Notes: a model not told the origin generated them from the sequence alone. A stretch of 53,302 nt of DNA from Candidatus Berkelbacteria bacterium (GCA_043751595.1 JAYUZR010000021.1:1-53302); one strand, 5' to 3'; counted from the first letter of the stretch, positions 9,109 to 18,999 are shown. Program-made: numbers and translations.

Positions 9109-10274
9109 CGCTTTTTCTTACGAGTAGGAATGAGTTTTCGTACATTAGGCATAAAGGAAGGCTCAACACCTTCTCGCCTCACCTTAGAGATATTCAGCAG
9201 CACCCCGACAGCCGAAAGAGAAATAACTAAATTAGTGCCACCGTAGCTAATGAACGGTAATGGCACCCCAACCAGCGGCACTAAGTGCAGCATAGCGGCT
9301 AGGTTCATAATAGTTTGAAACCCAAACCAAACCGAGATGCCCACCGCCATTAGTTTTCCGAAGGGTTCGTCCACTGCGTAAGCAATAAGCAAACCTCTGC
9401 AGGCAACAAAAATCAGTACGGCGGCAAGTAAGGTGGCCCGAATAAACCCAAGTTCTTCCGTAATTACGGCAAAGATTGAATCGGTATATGGCTCAGGCAA
9501 GAAGCGCCGCTTTTGTTTGCTATTGCCAAACCCAAGACCAGTTACCCCGCCGGTCCCCACTGCAATCTCGATATTCTTTACGTGATACGCAGCTCCAGTG
9601 GTATCTTTTTCTGGGTGCAAGAAAGTGGTAACCCGCTCCAATCGGTATGGGGCGGCAATGGCAATACCACCAAGGGCAACCGCTGCAAGTACCAAGCCAA
9701 AGATCATCTGCTTCCAGTTCATACCCGCCACCAGGTACACAGCAATGGCGGGAACCAGCAGAATTACTAAGGTTCCAAAATCGGGTTGGGCAAGCATTAA
9801 GGCAGAAATAAGAGCCAAAATTGCCAAGAAAACCCCAAAAACGGAAAGAGTGCCGATATGATCGCGCTGCTTTACCAGCCACGCCGAGGTGTAGGCAATA
9901 AGGGTAAACTTAGCCAGCTCTGAGGGCTGAAAATTAATGGGGCCTAAGTTAATCCAGCGGTGAGCACCATTAATTTCTCCGCGCGAAAAGAAGAAAACAC
10001 TACACAGAAGAGCAAATGTAAGAATAAGCATCCAGCCGGCGTTTCGCTGCCAGGTTTTATAATCGATGCCAGCCGCAACCATCATCCCCACAATACCAAG
10101 GCCCGCATACAGTACCTGGCGAGTTACAAAGAGGGTGGGGTTATTAAAAGGAGGAAGGGCTGCAACCACCGAAGAGGCTGAATAAACCGCAACGATACCA
10201 AAAAGTACTAGGCCAAAAACGGTAAGACCAAGGACCCTATCACTCTTACCGGGCATTTGGTAGCTAGCTGCCAT
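9105..10274 (-). CDS. ftsW: SEDS-family peptidoglycan polymerase FtsW/RodA
   Basis: About 10 TM segments and the conserved PEPYTDSIFAVITEELGF block. Lies between murD and murG, overlapping murG by 4 nt. Confidence 0.85.
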   Translation of the reverse strand: MAASYQMPGKSDRVLGLTVFGLVLFGIVAVYSASSVVAALPPFNNPTLFVTRQVLYAGLGIVGMMVAAGIDYKTWQRNAGWMLILTFALLCSVFFFSRGEINGAHRWINLGPINFQPSELAKFTLIAYTSAWLVKQRDHIGTLSVFGVFLAILALISALMLAQPDFGTLVILLVPAIAVYLVAGMNWKQMIFGLVLAAVALGGIAIAAPYRLERVTTFLHPEKDTTGAAYHVKNIEIAVGTGGVTGLGFGNSKQKRRFLPEPYTDSIFAVITEELGFIRATLLAAVLIFVACRGLLIAYAVDEPFGKLMAVGISVWFGFQTIMNLAAMLHLVPLVGVPLPFISYGGTNLVISLSAVGVLLNISKVRREGVEPSFMPNVRKLIPTRKKKR

Positions 10275-11688
10275 AGCGCTCGGTTACCGCCTTAGTAAAC
10301 TGCTCTCCTCTATCTTTATAGCTCGTAAAGCCGGTAAAACTGGTAGCCGAAGGAGCAAGTAGAACAATGTCTCCTTCCTGCAGATGCGGTTGAATCCCAC
10401 TTAGCGCTTGATCAAACCGGGGCTCAGAGTGCTCGATAAGAATACAATCGCTTTTTTGCTCTTTCTTTGCCCGTAGGATGAGTGGCTTAAAGCGCACTGA
10501 AGCTGGGCCAGGCAGTAGCGAAATAGTAGCCGAGCTTTTTACCATAAGCTTGGCAACTTCAGTTAGATCGTACCCCTTATCACTACCGCCAGCGATAAGA
10601 TGTAGCCTTTTTCCTTCAAAGCACCTGAGTGCTGCCATAGCGGAGTCTGGTCCAGTAGCGATGCTGTCGTCGTAAAATGAAGCTCCAGAAAATGTACCAA
10701 TAAACTGGAGACGATGTGGGAGTCCGACAAACTCGGTGATTACTTGCTGAATTATTTTCGGAGGAACTCCTAACCGAGAAGCCACAATTGCAGCAGGAAT
10801 AATATTCTCTAAGTTATGTACGCCAACCAGTTTTCGCTCGGTGATATCGAGTGATTCAAAATCATCTCCAGTGTGCAAAAAGAGTACCTCTCTCTCTTCA
10901 ATTTTTTCTACCCAAGAAGAGTTCTTTTTAGGAGCATCTTTTCGGTAATAGCAAACATCTCCACCTGCCTGCGCCGAGAGTTTATAAGCGATTTCATTCG
11001 CCGCATGCACCACGGCAAAGTCTCCTTCTTTTTGATGAGAAAAGATTGAAGCCTTTGCTTGATAGTATTCCTCGAGGCTTGCGTGGTGATCGAGGTGATC
11101 AGGGGTGAGCGATAGGAGAATCGCTACTTGGGGAGACGTATGAAGATCGTGTAGCTGAAAACTAGAAAGCTCCAAAATGACAATATCCTTCTCGGTTAAT
11201 TCGTCCAAAAAAGCAAAGGGATCGAGTCCGATATTTCCACCCAAGTATACTTTTCCCTGTTTGTAACCAGCATTTAGTAGCTTAGCCAATAGCGTAGAGG
11301 TAGTCCCCTTACCATTTGTGCCGGTTACTCCCACCATTTTCGCTGGACAGAGATCGAAAAAAAGCTTGGTTTGGGACCATACAATCCCGCCCTTCTTGGC
11401 GTACTTTACCAGCTCGGGAGAGAGCACCTTAATGGAAGGAGTCCTAAATACCGCCGCAAAATCTTCAAGCTTTTTGAGAATATTTTTTGAAATCTCCCAG
11501 GTAATGTACATTTCTGCCTCAGGAAACTCGGCTAGAAAACTTTCTTTCGCTTCAATCTTCTCGTCTCGAACGGTAAAAAGAATCCTCTTTTTTGCAAGCC
11601 ACGCTGCTAAATGACGATTATTCGCCCCAAGACCAAGCAGGACAACCTTGTTGTTTGCTAGCCATTCGAGAGAAAGAGAAGACTGCAT
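10264..11688 (-). CDS. murD: UDP-N-acetylmuramoylalanine--D-glutamate ligase MurD
   Basis: P-loop GVTGTNGKGTTSTLLAKLL, later GLPHRLQ; dcw position between mraY and ftsW. Confidence 0.85.
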   Translation of the reverse strand: MQSSLSLEWLANNKVVLLGLGANNRHLAAWLAKKRILFTVRDEKIEAKESFLAEFPEAEMYITWEISKNILKKLEDFAAVFRTPSIKVLSPELVKYAKKGGIVWSQTKLFFDLCPAKMVGVTGTNGKGTTSTLLAKLLNAGYKQGKVYLGGNIGLDPFAFLDELTEKDIVILELSSFQLHDLHTSPQVAILLSLTPDHLDHHASLEEYYQAKASIFSHQKEGDFAVVHAANEIAYKLSAQAGGDVCYYRKDAPKKNSSWVEKIEEREVLFLHTGDDFESLDITERKLVGVHNLENIIPAAIVASRLGVPPKIIQQVITEFVGLPHRLQFIGTFSGASFYDDSIATGPDSAMAALRCFEGKRLHLIAGGSDKGYDLTEVAKLMVKSSATISLLPGPASVRFKPLILRAKKEQKSDCILIEHSEPRFDQALSGIQPHLQEGDIVLLAPSATSFTGFTSYKDRGEQFTKAVTERYGS

Positions 11689-11697
11689 CAGTATTGA

Positions 11698-12720
11698 TTA
11701 ACTACCTACCAACATGAGGGCGAATCCGAGAGAAGCTCCGATGGCATTAATAACCCAAAACCGCATCGTAACCTTAGTTTCTGGCCAGCCAATTGCCTCG
11801 AAGTGGTGGTGAATCGGAGCAACCTTAAACACTTTTCGCTTAAACACTTTCTTACTAAAGATCTGAATGAGGGTAGTGATGCCTTCTACGTAGGGGATGA
11901 TGAGAATAAGCGGCAGTACTAATACGCTATTGGTAAGGAAGGCAATAATCGGAATCACCATACCAAGGGCCATACTTCCGGTATCACCCATAAAGAAGCG
12001 GGCTGGGTTGATATTAAACCATAAGAACGCAAGAAGAGAGCCAAGAAGAGTGGCGCAGAAAATGGCGAGCTGCGTCTGCCCCTGGAATAAAGCAATCATC
12101 ATTAGTACAAAACAGGCAAAGCCAGAAACGCCCCCCGCCAAGCCATCGAGGCCATCGGTTTGATTCATACTAAAGGCGGTCCAGATTACCGTTCCTACAA
12201 ATAATGGAACATACCAAAAACCAACATGCACATCTTTGTTAAGGATTGGAATAAAGAAGGAATCGTGATCAAGTTTTGCGTAAAACCACCACGCACCCAC
12301 CAGGGCTACTGCAAGATAAATCCAGAAGCGAACCCTGAGCGGGAGTGAGCCATTGTTTGGACCAATACCGTAGGCATTCATTAAATCGTCTACACCACCA
12401 ATAATACCAGCCGCGGCCAAGGTAAAGGCTGGGAGCCAGGTTTGCTCGCGAGTGAGATTAAAAAGAAGGGTAAAGACAAGGGTGGTAACCCAGAATAGAA
12501 GACCGCCCATAACAGGAGTGCCAGCCTTATTTTTGTGAAGCTCCGAGAATATTGGCGCTGCCTTGCCATCGATTCCGGTCTGGCGAAGATGCTTACCGAC
12601 CTTGTTTTTATATAAGAAATTAGTGAGAAGCGGAGCCGCAATCATAGCCACCACAAAAGCTGCCGTGGTGGAGAGAAGAACCTGCGTAAGATCGCTTACA
12701 GAAATAGTGAGTAATGCCAT
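11698..12720 (-). CDS. mraY: phospho-N-acetylmuramoyl-pentapeptide transferase MraY
   Basis: NQTDGLDGLAGG, FMGDTGSMALG and APIHHHFE motifs; polytopic membrane protein. Confidence 0.9.
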   Translation of the reverse strand: MALLTISVSDLTQVLLSTTAAFVVAMIAAPLLTNFLYKNKVGKHLRQTGIDGKAAPIFSELHKNKAGTPVMGGLLFWVTTLVFTLLFNLTREQTWLPAFTLAAAGIIGGVDDLMNAYGIGPNNGSLPLRVRFWIYLAVALVGAWWFYAKLDHDSFFIPILNKDVHVGFWYVPLFVGTVIWTAFSMNQTDGLDGLAGGVSGFACFVLMMIALFQGQTQLAIFCATLLGSLLAFLWFNINPARFFMGDTGSMALGMVIPIIAFLTNSVLVLPLILIIPYVEGITTLIQIFSKKVFKRKVFKVAPIHHHFEAIGWPETKVTMRFWVINAIGASLGFALMLVGS

Positions 12721-12732
12721 ACAAGAAAATAG

Positions 12733-14034
12733 TTATTTCCAACGCGCCGTTTGCCTGACCAAGAGCTTGGAAGCAAGCTCTGGATGTAGCATAATACGCT
12801 TTACAAATTGCTCGAGCCGAACACCGTTTTGCGAGCCCTTTACTAAGACAATATCGCCCTTGCGGGTTACTTGCTCGGCTTTATCGCACACAGATTTTGT
12901 ATCCGAGAATACGGTAATGCTTTCTGGCTTCATACCAGAAGCGACTGCCTTTTCTCGCATGAGATCTGCGTACTGCCCAACAAATACTACAGCATCACAG
13001 GCGGTTGCGGCAGCGGCAGCAATTTCTAAGTGATACTGCTCTGCCGTATCGCCCAGCTCATTCATTCGGCCAAGTACGGCAACCCGCCTTCGTTTAAGAC
13101 TGGCCCCTAATTCTTTGAGTGAATTGAGCGCAGAAACCACGGATGCCGGAGATGCATTATAAGTCTCATCAATAATAGTAATATCTCGTACACCCTGAAG
13201 AAGGCGGCCGCGCCCAGGAGGCAGTACGTAGCTTTCTAGACACTCCTTAAGTGCAGCGAGCTCTACCCCTTGGTGCAGTGCAACAAGAGCGGCAGCTAAT
13301 ACGCCAGATAACTGAGGCTCACTCAGTAGCTGCGTAGTAAGAGGGAGTGATTGCTCCTTACCATCTTTTTTATAGTGTAATGTGCAAGCCAAGCCTTGAG
13401 CCGTAAGGGCAAGATTAGTCGCCCAAACGGATTGATCGTTACGCTCCCGTAAACCATAGCGAAGCGAAGTATAGCCTGCCGCATGGGGTGATAGAGGTAA
13501 AACCGATTGCTCGGGATCATCGGCATTTACCAAGGCCAATCCGCCGGGCTGAAGACCAGCAAAAATACTAAGCTTTTCCTGACGAAGCTCATCAAAGTTT
13601 GCGTATCCTTGCATATGCGCAGGGGTAATGGCAGTAACAATGGAAATATCTGGAGCTATTTTCCCAACCAAATACGGGATATCGCCAGTGGCATCTGAGG
13701 AGTACTCCAGCACAAAATACGGGCGCACCCCGGCCTTAAACCCCTTTGTTTTAGGTGGAGTAAGCGCCTTGAGTGCAGCACCTAGCCAGCCAAGCGCGCT
13801 ACTTGGCGGCTCGATATAGCCTAACAAGGCCAGAGGAACTCCACTATTGGTATTCAAGTTTCCTGGCGTTTTGAATACTGGCTTGCCGGTAAGTTTGAGC
13901 ACTTCGGCCACTAGCTCTTTTACAGAAGTTTTTCCGATGGTTCCTGTGATCGCAACTACAACAGGGCGCTCTCGGTTTACCCGAGCCAGCGCTCCTTCCC
14001 ACAGTGCATCAAGAACAAAAGATCTCAGGCCCAT
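12733..14034 (-). CDS. murF: UDP-MurNAc-tripeptide--D-Ala-D-Ala ligase MurF (Mur ligase family)
   Basis: P-loop ITGTIGKTSVKE, MurF-type GNLNTNSGVPLALL, IDETYNASP. At 433 aa the length fits MurF rather than MurE. Confidence 0.75.
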   Translation of the reverse strand: MGLRSFVLDALWEGALARVNRERPVVVAITGTIGKTSVKELVAEVLKLTGKPVFKTPGNLNTNSGVPLALLGYIEPPSSALGWLGAALKALTPPKTKGFKAGVRPYFVLEYSSDATGDIPYLVGKIAPDISIVTAITPAHMQGYANFDELRQEKLSIFAGLQPGGLALVNADDPEQSVLPLSPHAAGYTSLRYGLRERNDQSVWATNLALTAQGLACTLHYKKDGKEQSLPLTTQLLSEPQLSGVLAAALVALHQGVELAALKECLESYVLPPGRGRLLQGVRDITIIDETYNASPASVVSALNSLKELGASLKRRRVAVLGRMNELGDTAEQYHLEIAAAAATACDAVVFVGQYADLMREKAVASGMKPESITVFSDTKSVCDKAEQVTRKGDIVLVKGSQNGVRLEQFVKRIMLHPELASKLLVRQTARWK

Positions 14035-14046
14035 ACAAATGGTTCG

Positions 14047-15858
14047 TTACGGGGTTGGAGGTATCTGCAAATACTGTATCAGAAACCTTGAAATGCGCCC
14101 AAAGAGAGGAACCGCCGTTCCAACCGCAAAGGTTCCTACCTTCGCTAGATTTGGCTGTTCAATCTTGGTCAAAAGAATGTAGCGCGGGTTAGAGGCAGGG
14201 GCAAAACCAATCATGGTGTGGTTATATTGGTCCTGCAAATACCCTCCATTTACCAGGTCTGGAACCTGCGCTGTACCAGTTTTCCCGGCGATACCGTAGC
14301 CTGCCACTTTAGCCGGACCCTCAGCTTTCTCAACCACTGCCTTAAGCATTTCTCGTAGCTGAGCCGCCGTTTCTGGCTTCAGCACTTGGTCACCTTTTTT
14401 AACGGTAATCTCCTCACGGCGGCCATCGGGGTGAATAATTGCCTGCAAAATATGAGGATGAATCAAAGTTCCATCTTTGCTGGTAATAGCCGTGTAGGCC
14501 TGCATCAGCTGTAGTGGCGTAACCGAAATACCTTGTCCAAAGGAAAGGGTTGCCCGATTTACATCACGCCAGGTTTTAGCCGGCTGGAGCTCAGTACTTA
14601 CTTCGTTTGCAAGATCGATGCCGGTCAGCTGGCCAATCCCAAACTTATGCAGGTAATCGTGCATTGTATCGTTACCAAGCTTATTGGCCACCCAAACCAT
14701 TCCGACGTTATCGGAGTTTACCAACACTTGGGTCATGGTTTCTTCGCCATAGGAGCGACGAAGCGCTGTCTCAATCTTAAATCCCCCAACATTTACCGAG
14801 CCACCAAACTCTTGCTTGGTATCAGGCGTAACCAAGCCCTGATCGATCGCTGAAGCCATCACAATCGGCTTAAAGACACTTCCTGGTTCCCAGACCGTAC
14901 TAATACTTCCATTGGTAAATCGCCCAATTTCGGCACTTGGCACCTCTCTAAACTTAGCCGGGTCGTAGGAAGGGTAATTAGCCATCGCTAGGATTCCTCC
15001 GGTTTGGGCATCCATCACTACCGCCACTCCGCCTTTAGCTTCTCCATCTTTTACCTGCTTTTCTAGCTCCTGCTCTACGTAATGCTGGATATTTCTATCA
15101 ATTGTAAGTTCGTAGTCAGCCCCATCACTTCCTTCCACCGCCTGAGTTGAGCGAAGCAAGGTTCCCAAACTATCCTGCTCTAGGCGCAGCTTTCCGGTTT
15201 GCCCCTTGAGTTGCTGATCAAACTCGCTTTCGATGCCATACTTTCCAAGACCCTCGTCGTTTACAAAGCCAAGTACCTGACCCATCGTATTTCCTTGCGG
15301 GTAGGAGCGCTGATATTCACGCTGAAAAAAGACCCCACCCCAGTAGTAAATAGTTGCTCCCTGAGAAGCATCCAGATTTACTGGTACATCTTTCCACTTA
15401 GGATCGGCCGCTCGCTCTACTCCTTTAATAGCCTCTGCCACGCTCGAGAGTTGCTCAGAGGTTAGGCCGTGGGCAAGTGGTCGCATATACCAACCCTCAG
15501 TGTTTAGTTGGGTCAAGATATCTTCCTCCTTGATATCGGAAAAAGGAGCCAGCGCCTTAGCGTACGCTGCCTTCATTTTTTTAGTCACATTTCGAGGCGT
15601 AGCCGAGAGTGCATACCGCTCGCTACTTACTGCAACCTTAACTAAGCTCCCAGAAGCCAAATCTTGAGCATAAATAGTACCTCGCTTAGGTAATACAGTA
15701 TATTCAACATTTTGCTGCTCATCCGCCTCCGCCACAAACGATTGATGCTGAATAACGCTAATTTGAAATAGACGAATCAGCAATATAAAGGCAGCAACCG
15801 AGAAAACTCCGAAGAGAAAGGTAATTCTTTGAGTAAACGAGGCCTGCGATTGGCTCAT
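14047..15858 (-). CDS. ftsI: class B penicillin-binding protein / FtsI transpeptidase
   Basis: N-terminal TM anchor, then SxxK (SVFK), SxN (SDN) and KTG (KTGTA) motifs in the correct order. Confidence 0.85.
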   Translation of the reverse strand: MSQSQASFTQRITFLFGVFSVAAFILLIRLFQISVIQHQSFVAEADEQQNVEYTVLPKRGTIYAQDLASGSLVKVAVSSERYALSATPRNVTKKMKAAYAKALAPFSDIKEEDILTQLNTEGWYMRPLAHGLTSEQLSSVAEAIKGVERAADPKWKDVPVNLDASQGATIYYWGGVFFQREYQRSYPQGNTMGQVLGFVNDEGLGKYGIESEFDQQLKGQTGKLRLEQDSLGTLLRSTQAVEGSDGADYELTIDRNIQHYVEQELEKQVKDGEAKGGVAVVMDAQTGGILAMANYPSYDPAKFREVPSAEIGRFTNGSISTVWEPGSVFKPIVMASAIDQGLVTPDTKQEFGGSVNVGGFKIETALRRSYGEETMTQVLVNSDNVGMVWVANKLGNDTMHDYLHKFGIGQLTGIDLANEVSTELQPAKTWRDVNRATLSFGQGISVTPLQLMQAYTAITSKDGTLIHPHILQAIIHPDGRREEITVKKGDQVLKPETAAQLREMLKAVVEKAEGPAKVAGYGIAGKTGTAQVPDLVNGGYLQDQYNHTMIGFAPASNPRYILLTKIEQPNLAKVGTFAVGTAVPLFGRISRFLIQYLQIPPTP

Positions 15859-16232
15859 TGGCTCTTATCAGTTGTGGCGCCAGCAACCTGCCCCACTTCT
15901 GATATAGGCACCATCTGATCTTTAATTGGTGTATTTTGAATCTGTTCAATAGACTTTGCTCGAGCAACTTCATAGTTGAGACGCTCAACTTCTGCCTCCT
16001 GATTGCTAATCTGCTTGTGAAGAGTGGAGTCGCGGTACACACTTCGGCTATCGGAAATCTTAAAGTTTGCCAAAATAATGGCCAGTACACCGAGAACTGC
16101 AATTCCCGCAAAGCGGGCGGCTGTAGGACCAACAGAAAATCGGCGAGTGGTAGTACGAAGAGTCGCCCTGGAAGCGGCGCGTTTCTTAGTGACCACATAT
16201 CCCTGATTGCGCGTATAACGTGCTGCAGCCAT
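15855..16232 (-). CDS. ftsL: FtsL/DivIC-like septum formation protein
   Basis: 125 aa with a basic N-terminus, one TM (FAGIAVLGVLAIILANF) and a coiled-coil-like QEAEVERLNYEVARAKSIEQ. Overlaps ftsI by 4 nt and sits directly after mraZ. Confidence 0.5.
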   Translation of the reverse strand: MAAARYTRNQGYVVTKKRAASRATLRTTTRRFSVGPTAARFAGIAVLGVLAIILANFKISDSRSVYRDSTLHKQISNQEAEVERLNYEVARAKSIEQIQNTPIKDQMVPISEVGQVAGATTDKSQ

Positions 16233-16244
16233 GAAAAAGTGAGA

Positions 16245-16676
16245 TTAAATGCCGTATTGAGTAAGAGCCTCACCCCGCGCCTCGCTGCTTGCATCTGTGG
16301 AAGTCATATAGGCTTCCCAAGAAGCTGCGTCCCATACTTCAATATGGTCGTTCAGCCCTGCAAGGACCAGGCCCTTGGTGAGTTGTGCGTACTGGCGCAA
16401 ATACGGCGGCAATACCATGCGTCCAGATTTATCGAGTTCTACATCCATCGCACCCGCTAGGGTTTGACGAACATAGGCACGAGTATTTGGATCACTTTGT
16501 GGCAATGTAGAAAGCTTGGTGGCAATTTCTTGCCATACAGCCATTGGATAAAGCGCGAGCGAGCCGTCGAACCCCTTCGTTACAACGGCTCCCTCAGCCA
16601 ACTTCGAGCGCCATCCGCTTGGTACCTGTACCCGACCCTTCTCATCCAAATTGTGGCGATGTTCGCCGATAAACAT
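16245..16676 (-). CDS. mraZ: transcriptional regulator MraZ
   Basis: Two SpoVT/AbrB-like halves, each with DxxGR (NLDEKGRVQVP, ELDKSGRMVLP). Start placed at MFIGEH (16676) rather than the ORF maximum at 16748. Confidence 0.85.
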   Translation of the reverse strand: MFIGEHRHNLDEKGRVQVPSGWRSKLAEGAVVTKGFDGSLALYPMAVWQEIATKLSTLPQSDPNTRAYVRQTLAGAMDVELDKSGRMVLPPYLRQYAQLTKGLVLAGLNDHIEVWDAASWEAYMTSTDASSEARGEALTQYGI

Positions 16677-16724
16677 GAGGGGGTTGGTTACTGATACCTG
16701 GTGGTGTCCTTGCGGATGGGCGCT

Positions 16725-16760
16725 CCACTTTGCCCCACTTCGAACCACTTGAAACCATTC
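16725..16760 (-). promoter_or_regulatory. candidate MraZ operator: 3 exact + 1 degenerate AAGTGG boxes at 10-bp phasing
   Basis: The + strand reads CCACTT at 16725-30, 16735-40 and 16745-50, and CCATTC at 16755-60. On the minus strand this is gaATGGtttcAAGTGGttcgAAGTGGggcaAAGTGG, located 49-84 nt upstream of the mraZ start. Confidence 0.55.
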
Positions 16761-16785
16761 TGGGGGCTATTTTGCTCCAGGTCAA
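16757..16785 (-). promoter_or_regulatory. candidate sigma70-type promoter of the dcw operon
   Basis: Minus strand reads TTGACC (16780-85), a 17-nt spacer, then CAGAAT (16757-62). The -10 overlaps the first (degenerate) repeat box. Confidence 0.4.
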
Positions 16786-16834
16786 GGAGTTTCGGGGGAT
16801 GTTTGGTACATTGCAGGCATTACTACGACTACAC

Positions 16835-16867
16835 AAAAAAAGACCAGGACTGAACCTGGTCTTTTTT
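16835..16867. terminator. intrinsic terminator after the 16879..17511 gene
   Basis: AGACCAGG-actgaa-CCTGGTCT flanked by A6 and T5; functional on either strand. Confidence 0.7.
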
Positions 16868-16878
16868 GGGGATTCTTC

Positions 16879-17511
16879 TTATAGATCCTTAAGCGATTGC
16901 TCAATCCGTTCCACCGTAGAGGCCGGAAGCCGATCGTACATTTTATCGCTAAACCTTCGCTGATGAGCCGTATCGTTATTTTCGGTACAGCGGAACTCAA
17001 GCACATACTGCTTACCAAAGACGAGATCACCGCTAAGCTTTTCACCCGTATCGGACATGAGTGTATAGCCGGTGTATTCTCCCACTTTTCGAGAAGTTGT
17101 CTTGCCGCTAAAGGTAGCCGCTTGAGCTGGAGTCCAGGGAACTTGCTCGGTACCGGTACCTAGCAGCTTTACCTTTTTTACATACTCCTCAATCGACTTG
17201 CCAGCAGTAGATTCTGGCTGAAGCGTGTAATTACAAACGATAGTTGAATCGAAGGGATGCGAGTTGAGAATTACCCCATTTGGAAAGCCGGTACTAGAAA
17301 TAGACTGCGTTGCCGTCATACCCTGAGGGTAATCGAGGGTGAAGATAGCCCGTTTTTGATCAGAGTTATCGCGGAAGGAAAGAATCTGCCAAACCGCATT
17401 TTGCTTGCGGGCGTGTACAAACTGGAACACACCAAGCACCACAACCGCCAAGACTACATAGGTAACAAGAGACTTTACCGAAAGGGTAATACTCTGTGAT
17501 TTCTTAGCCAT
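16879..17511 (-). CDS. hypothetical exported/membrane-anchored protein
   Basis: 210-aa ORF with an N-terminal TM (LVTYVVLAVVVLGVFQFV) and a terminator downstream. No family recognised. Confidence 0.5.
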   Translation of the reverse strand: MAKKSQSITLSVKSLVTYVVLAVVVLGVFQFVHARKQNAVWQILSFRDNSDQKRAIFTLDYPQGMTATQSISSTGFPNGVILNSHPFDSTIVCNYTLQPESTAGKSIEEYVKKVKLLGTGTEQVPWTPAQAATFSGKTTSRKVGEYTGYTLMSDTGEKLSGDLVFGKQYVLEFRCTENNDTAHQRRFSDKMYDRLPASTVERIEQSLKDL

Positions 17512-17517
17512 ATAGGA

Positions 17518-18999
17518 TTAGTGTAGCTGCTGATAGATATACTGCGCTAGTGCCGAAGCCTGCATGCGCTCTTGCTGCATACTATCGCGATTACGAAGCG
17601 TTACCGTGCCATCTTCTAAGGTTTGATAATCGACGGTTACACACCAGGGAGTACCGATTTCATCTTGGCGGCGGTAGCGACGACCAATGGCGCCGCCCTC
17701 ATCGTACTGACTAGCTACACCCTTTCTGAGCTCGGCGTGGATTTCTCGAGCTTTTTCGGCTAGACCATCTTTTTTCATAAGCGGTAGTACCGCCACCGTA
17801 ACCGGTGCTAGCTTGGGTGCAATATGGAGCACGGTTTCAAGCTCGGTAGATTGGCCATCACGTCCTTGAGGGTATTCTTTGTAGGCATCGGTAAGCACGG
17901 CGAGTATCAGGCGACCGACACCAACACTTGGCTCGATAACGTAGGGAATAATTTTTTCGCGAGTTTCTTCGTCGAAGTAGGACATATCCTGCGCTGAAAA
18001 CTCTTGATGCTGTTTGAGATCGTAGTCGGTGCGGTTGGCTACACCGTAAAGCTCGGCAAAACCAAGGCCTGGATACAGGTATTCGAAATCGATGGTGCGC
18101 TTACTGTAGTGAGAGAGCTTTTCTTTAGGGTGCTCGTACTGGCGAAGATTCTCAGCAGTGATTCCCATATCTTTTGTAAGGAAGGCCTCAACGTCGTCGA
18201 TCCAGTTTTGGTGAATAACCTCATCTTCCCCAGGGCGGACGAAGTATTCAATTTCCATTTGCTCAAACTCTCGCACGCGAAAGAGTGAATTACCTACGGT
18301 AATTTCGTTGCGAAAGGCCTTACCAATTTGAGCGATACCAAATGGTAGTTTCTGACGAACAGTTGCCAGCACCTGCTTAAAGTTTACAAAAATACCCTGC
18401 GCGGTTTCTGGACGAAGGTAGACCGTACTCCCCTCTCCCTCCACAGCACCAAGTTGAGTTTGAAACATCATGTTAAACTGGCGAGGCTCGCCGTAGGTGC
18501 CATACTTTTTGCAGTTTGGGCAGCAGAGATCGGCTGGAACTAAGCTAGAGCGGAGCACTTCACCATCGAATACTTTCTGCGCAGCCTCTTCGGCGGCTTT
18601 ATGATCTGCCTTGGTGAGATCTCGTTTGGCTTGGCGGGCAGACTCTTCGGCGAAGCGTAGGAGCCAAGTGGCTTTTTTGTCTTCTTCTAGGTAGTGATCG
18701 GCCCGAAGACGGATATGACACTCTGAACACTCGATAAGAGGATCCGAGAAGCTATCGACGTGACCAGAAGCCTTAAGCACGGAAGCGGGTGTAAGAATGG
18801 CGGCATCGAGACCGACCATATCGTCTCGCTCGCGCACGAAGCGCTGCCACCAAGCCTGCTTAATGTTATTAGCAAGCTCAACCCCAAGAGGACCGAGATC
18901 GTAGACACCGCCTGTGCCACCGTAGACTTCTGCTGACGGATAAATAAACCCGCGCCTTTTTGCGAGGTTTACGATCGGTTCGAGAGAAGAAAGCGCCAT
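17518..18999 (-). CDS. glyQS: glycine--tRNA ligase (alpha2 GlyQS type)
   Basis: RRGFIYPSAEVYGGTGGVYDLGPLGVEL N-terminus, class II core (FRNEI, YLRPETAQG) and a C-terminal anticodon-binding domain. Confidence 0.9.
   Translation of the reverse strand: MALSSLEPIVNLAKRRGFIYPSAEVYGGTGGVYDLGPLGVELANNIKQAWWQRFVRERDDMVGLDAAILTPASVLKASGHVDSFSDPLIECSECHIRLRADHYLEEDKKATWLLRFAEESARQAKRDLTKADHKAAEEAAQKVFDGEVLRSSLVPADLCCPNCKKYGTYGEPRQFNMMFQTQLGAVEGEGSTVYLRPETAQGIFVNFKQVLATVRQKLPFGIAQIGKAFRNEITVGNSLFRVREFEQMEIEYFVRPGEDEVIHQNWIDDVEAFLTKDMGITAENLRQYEHPKEKLSHYSKRTIDFEYLYPGLGFAELYGVANRTDYDLKQHQEFSAQDMSYFDEETREKIIPYVIEPSVGVGRLILAVLTDAYKEYPQGRDGQSTELETVLHIAPKLAPVTVAVLPLMKKDGLAEKAREIHAELRKGVASQYDEGGAIGRRYRRQDEIGTPWCVTVDYQTLEDGTVTLRNRDSMQQERMQASALAQYIYQQLH

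Noticed and set aside
15758-16294. 178-aa ORF overlapping ftsL and the ftsI start in another frame.
   Set aside because: It competes with the FtsL-like ORF, which has the expected TM + coiled-coil architecture and translational coupling to ftsI. The alternative frame has no recognisable features.
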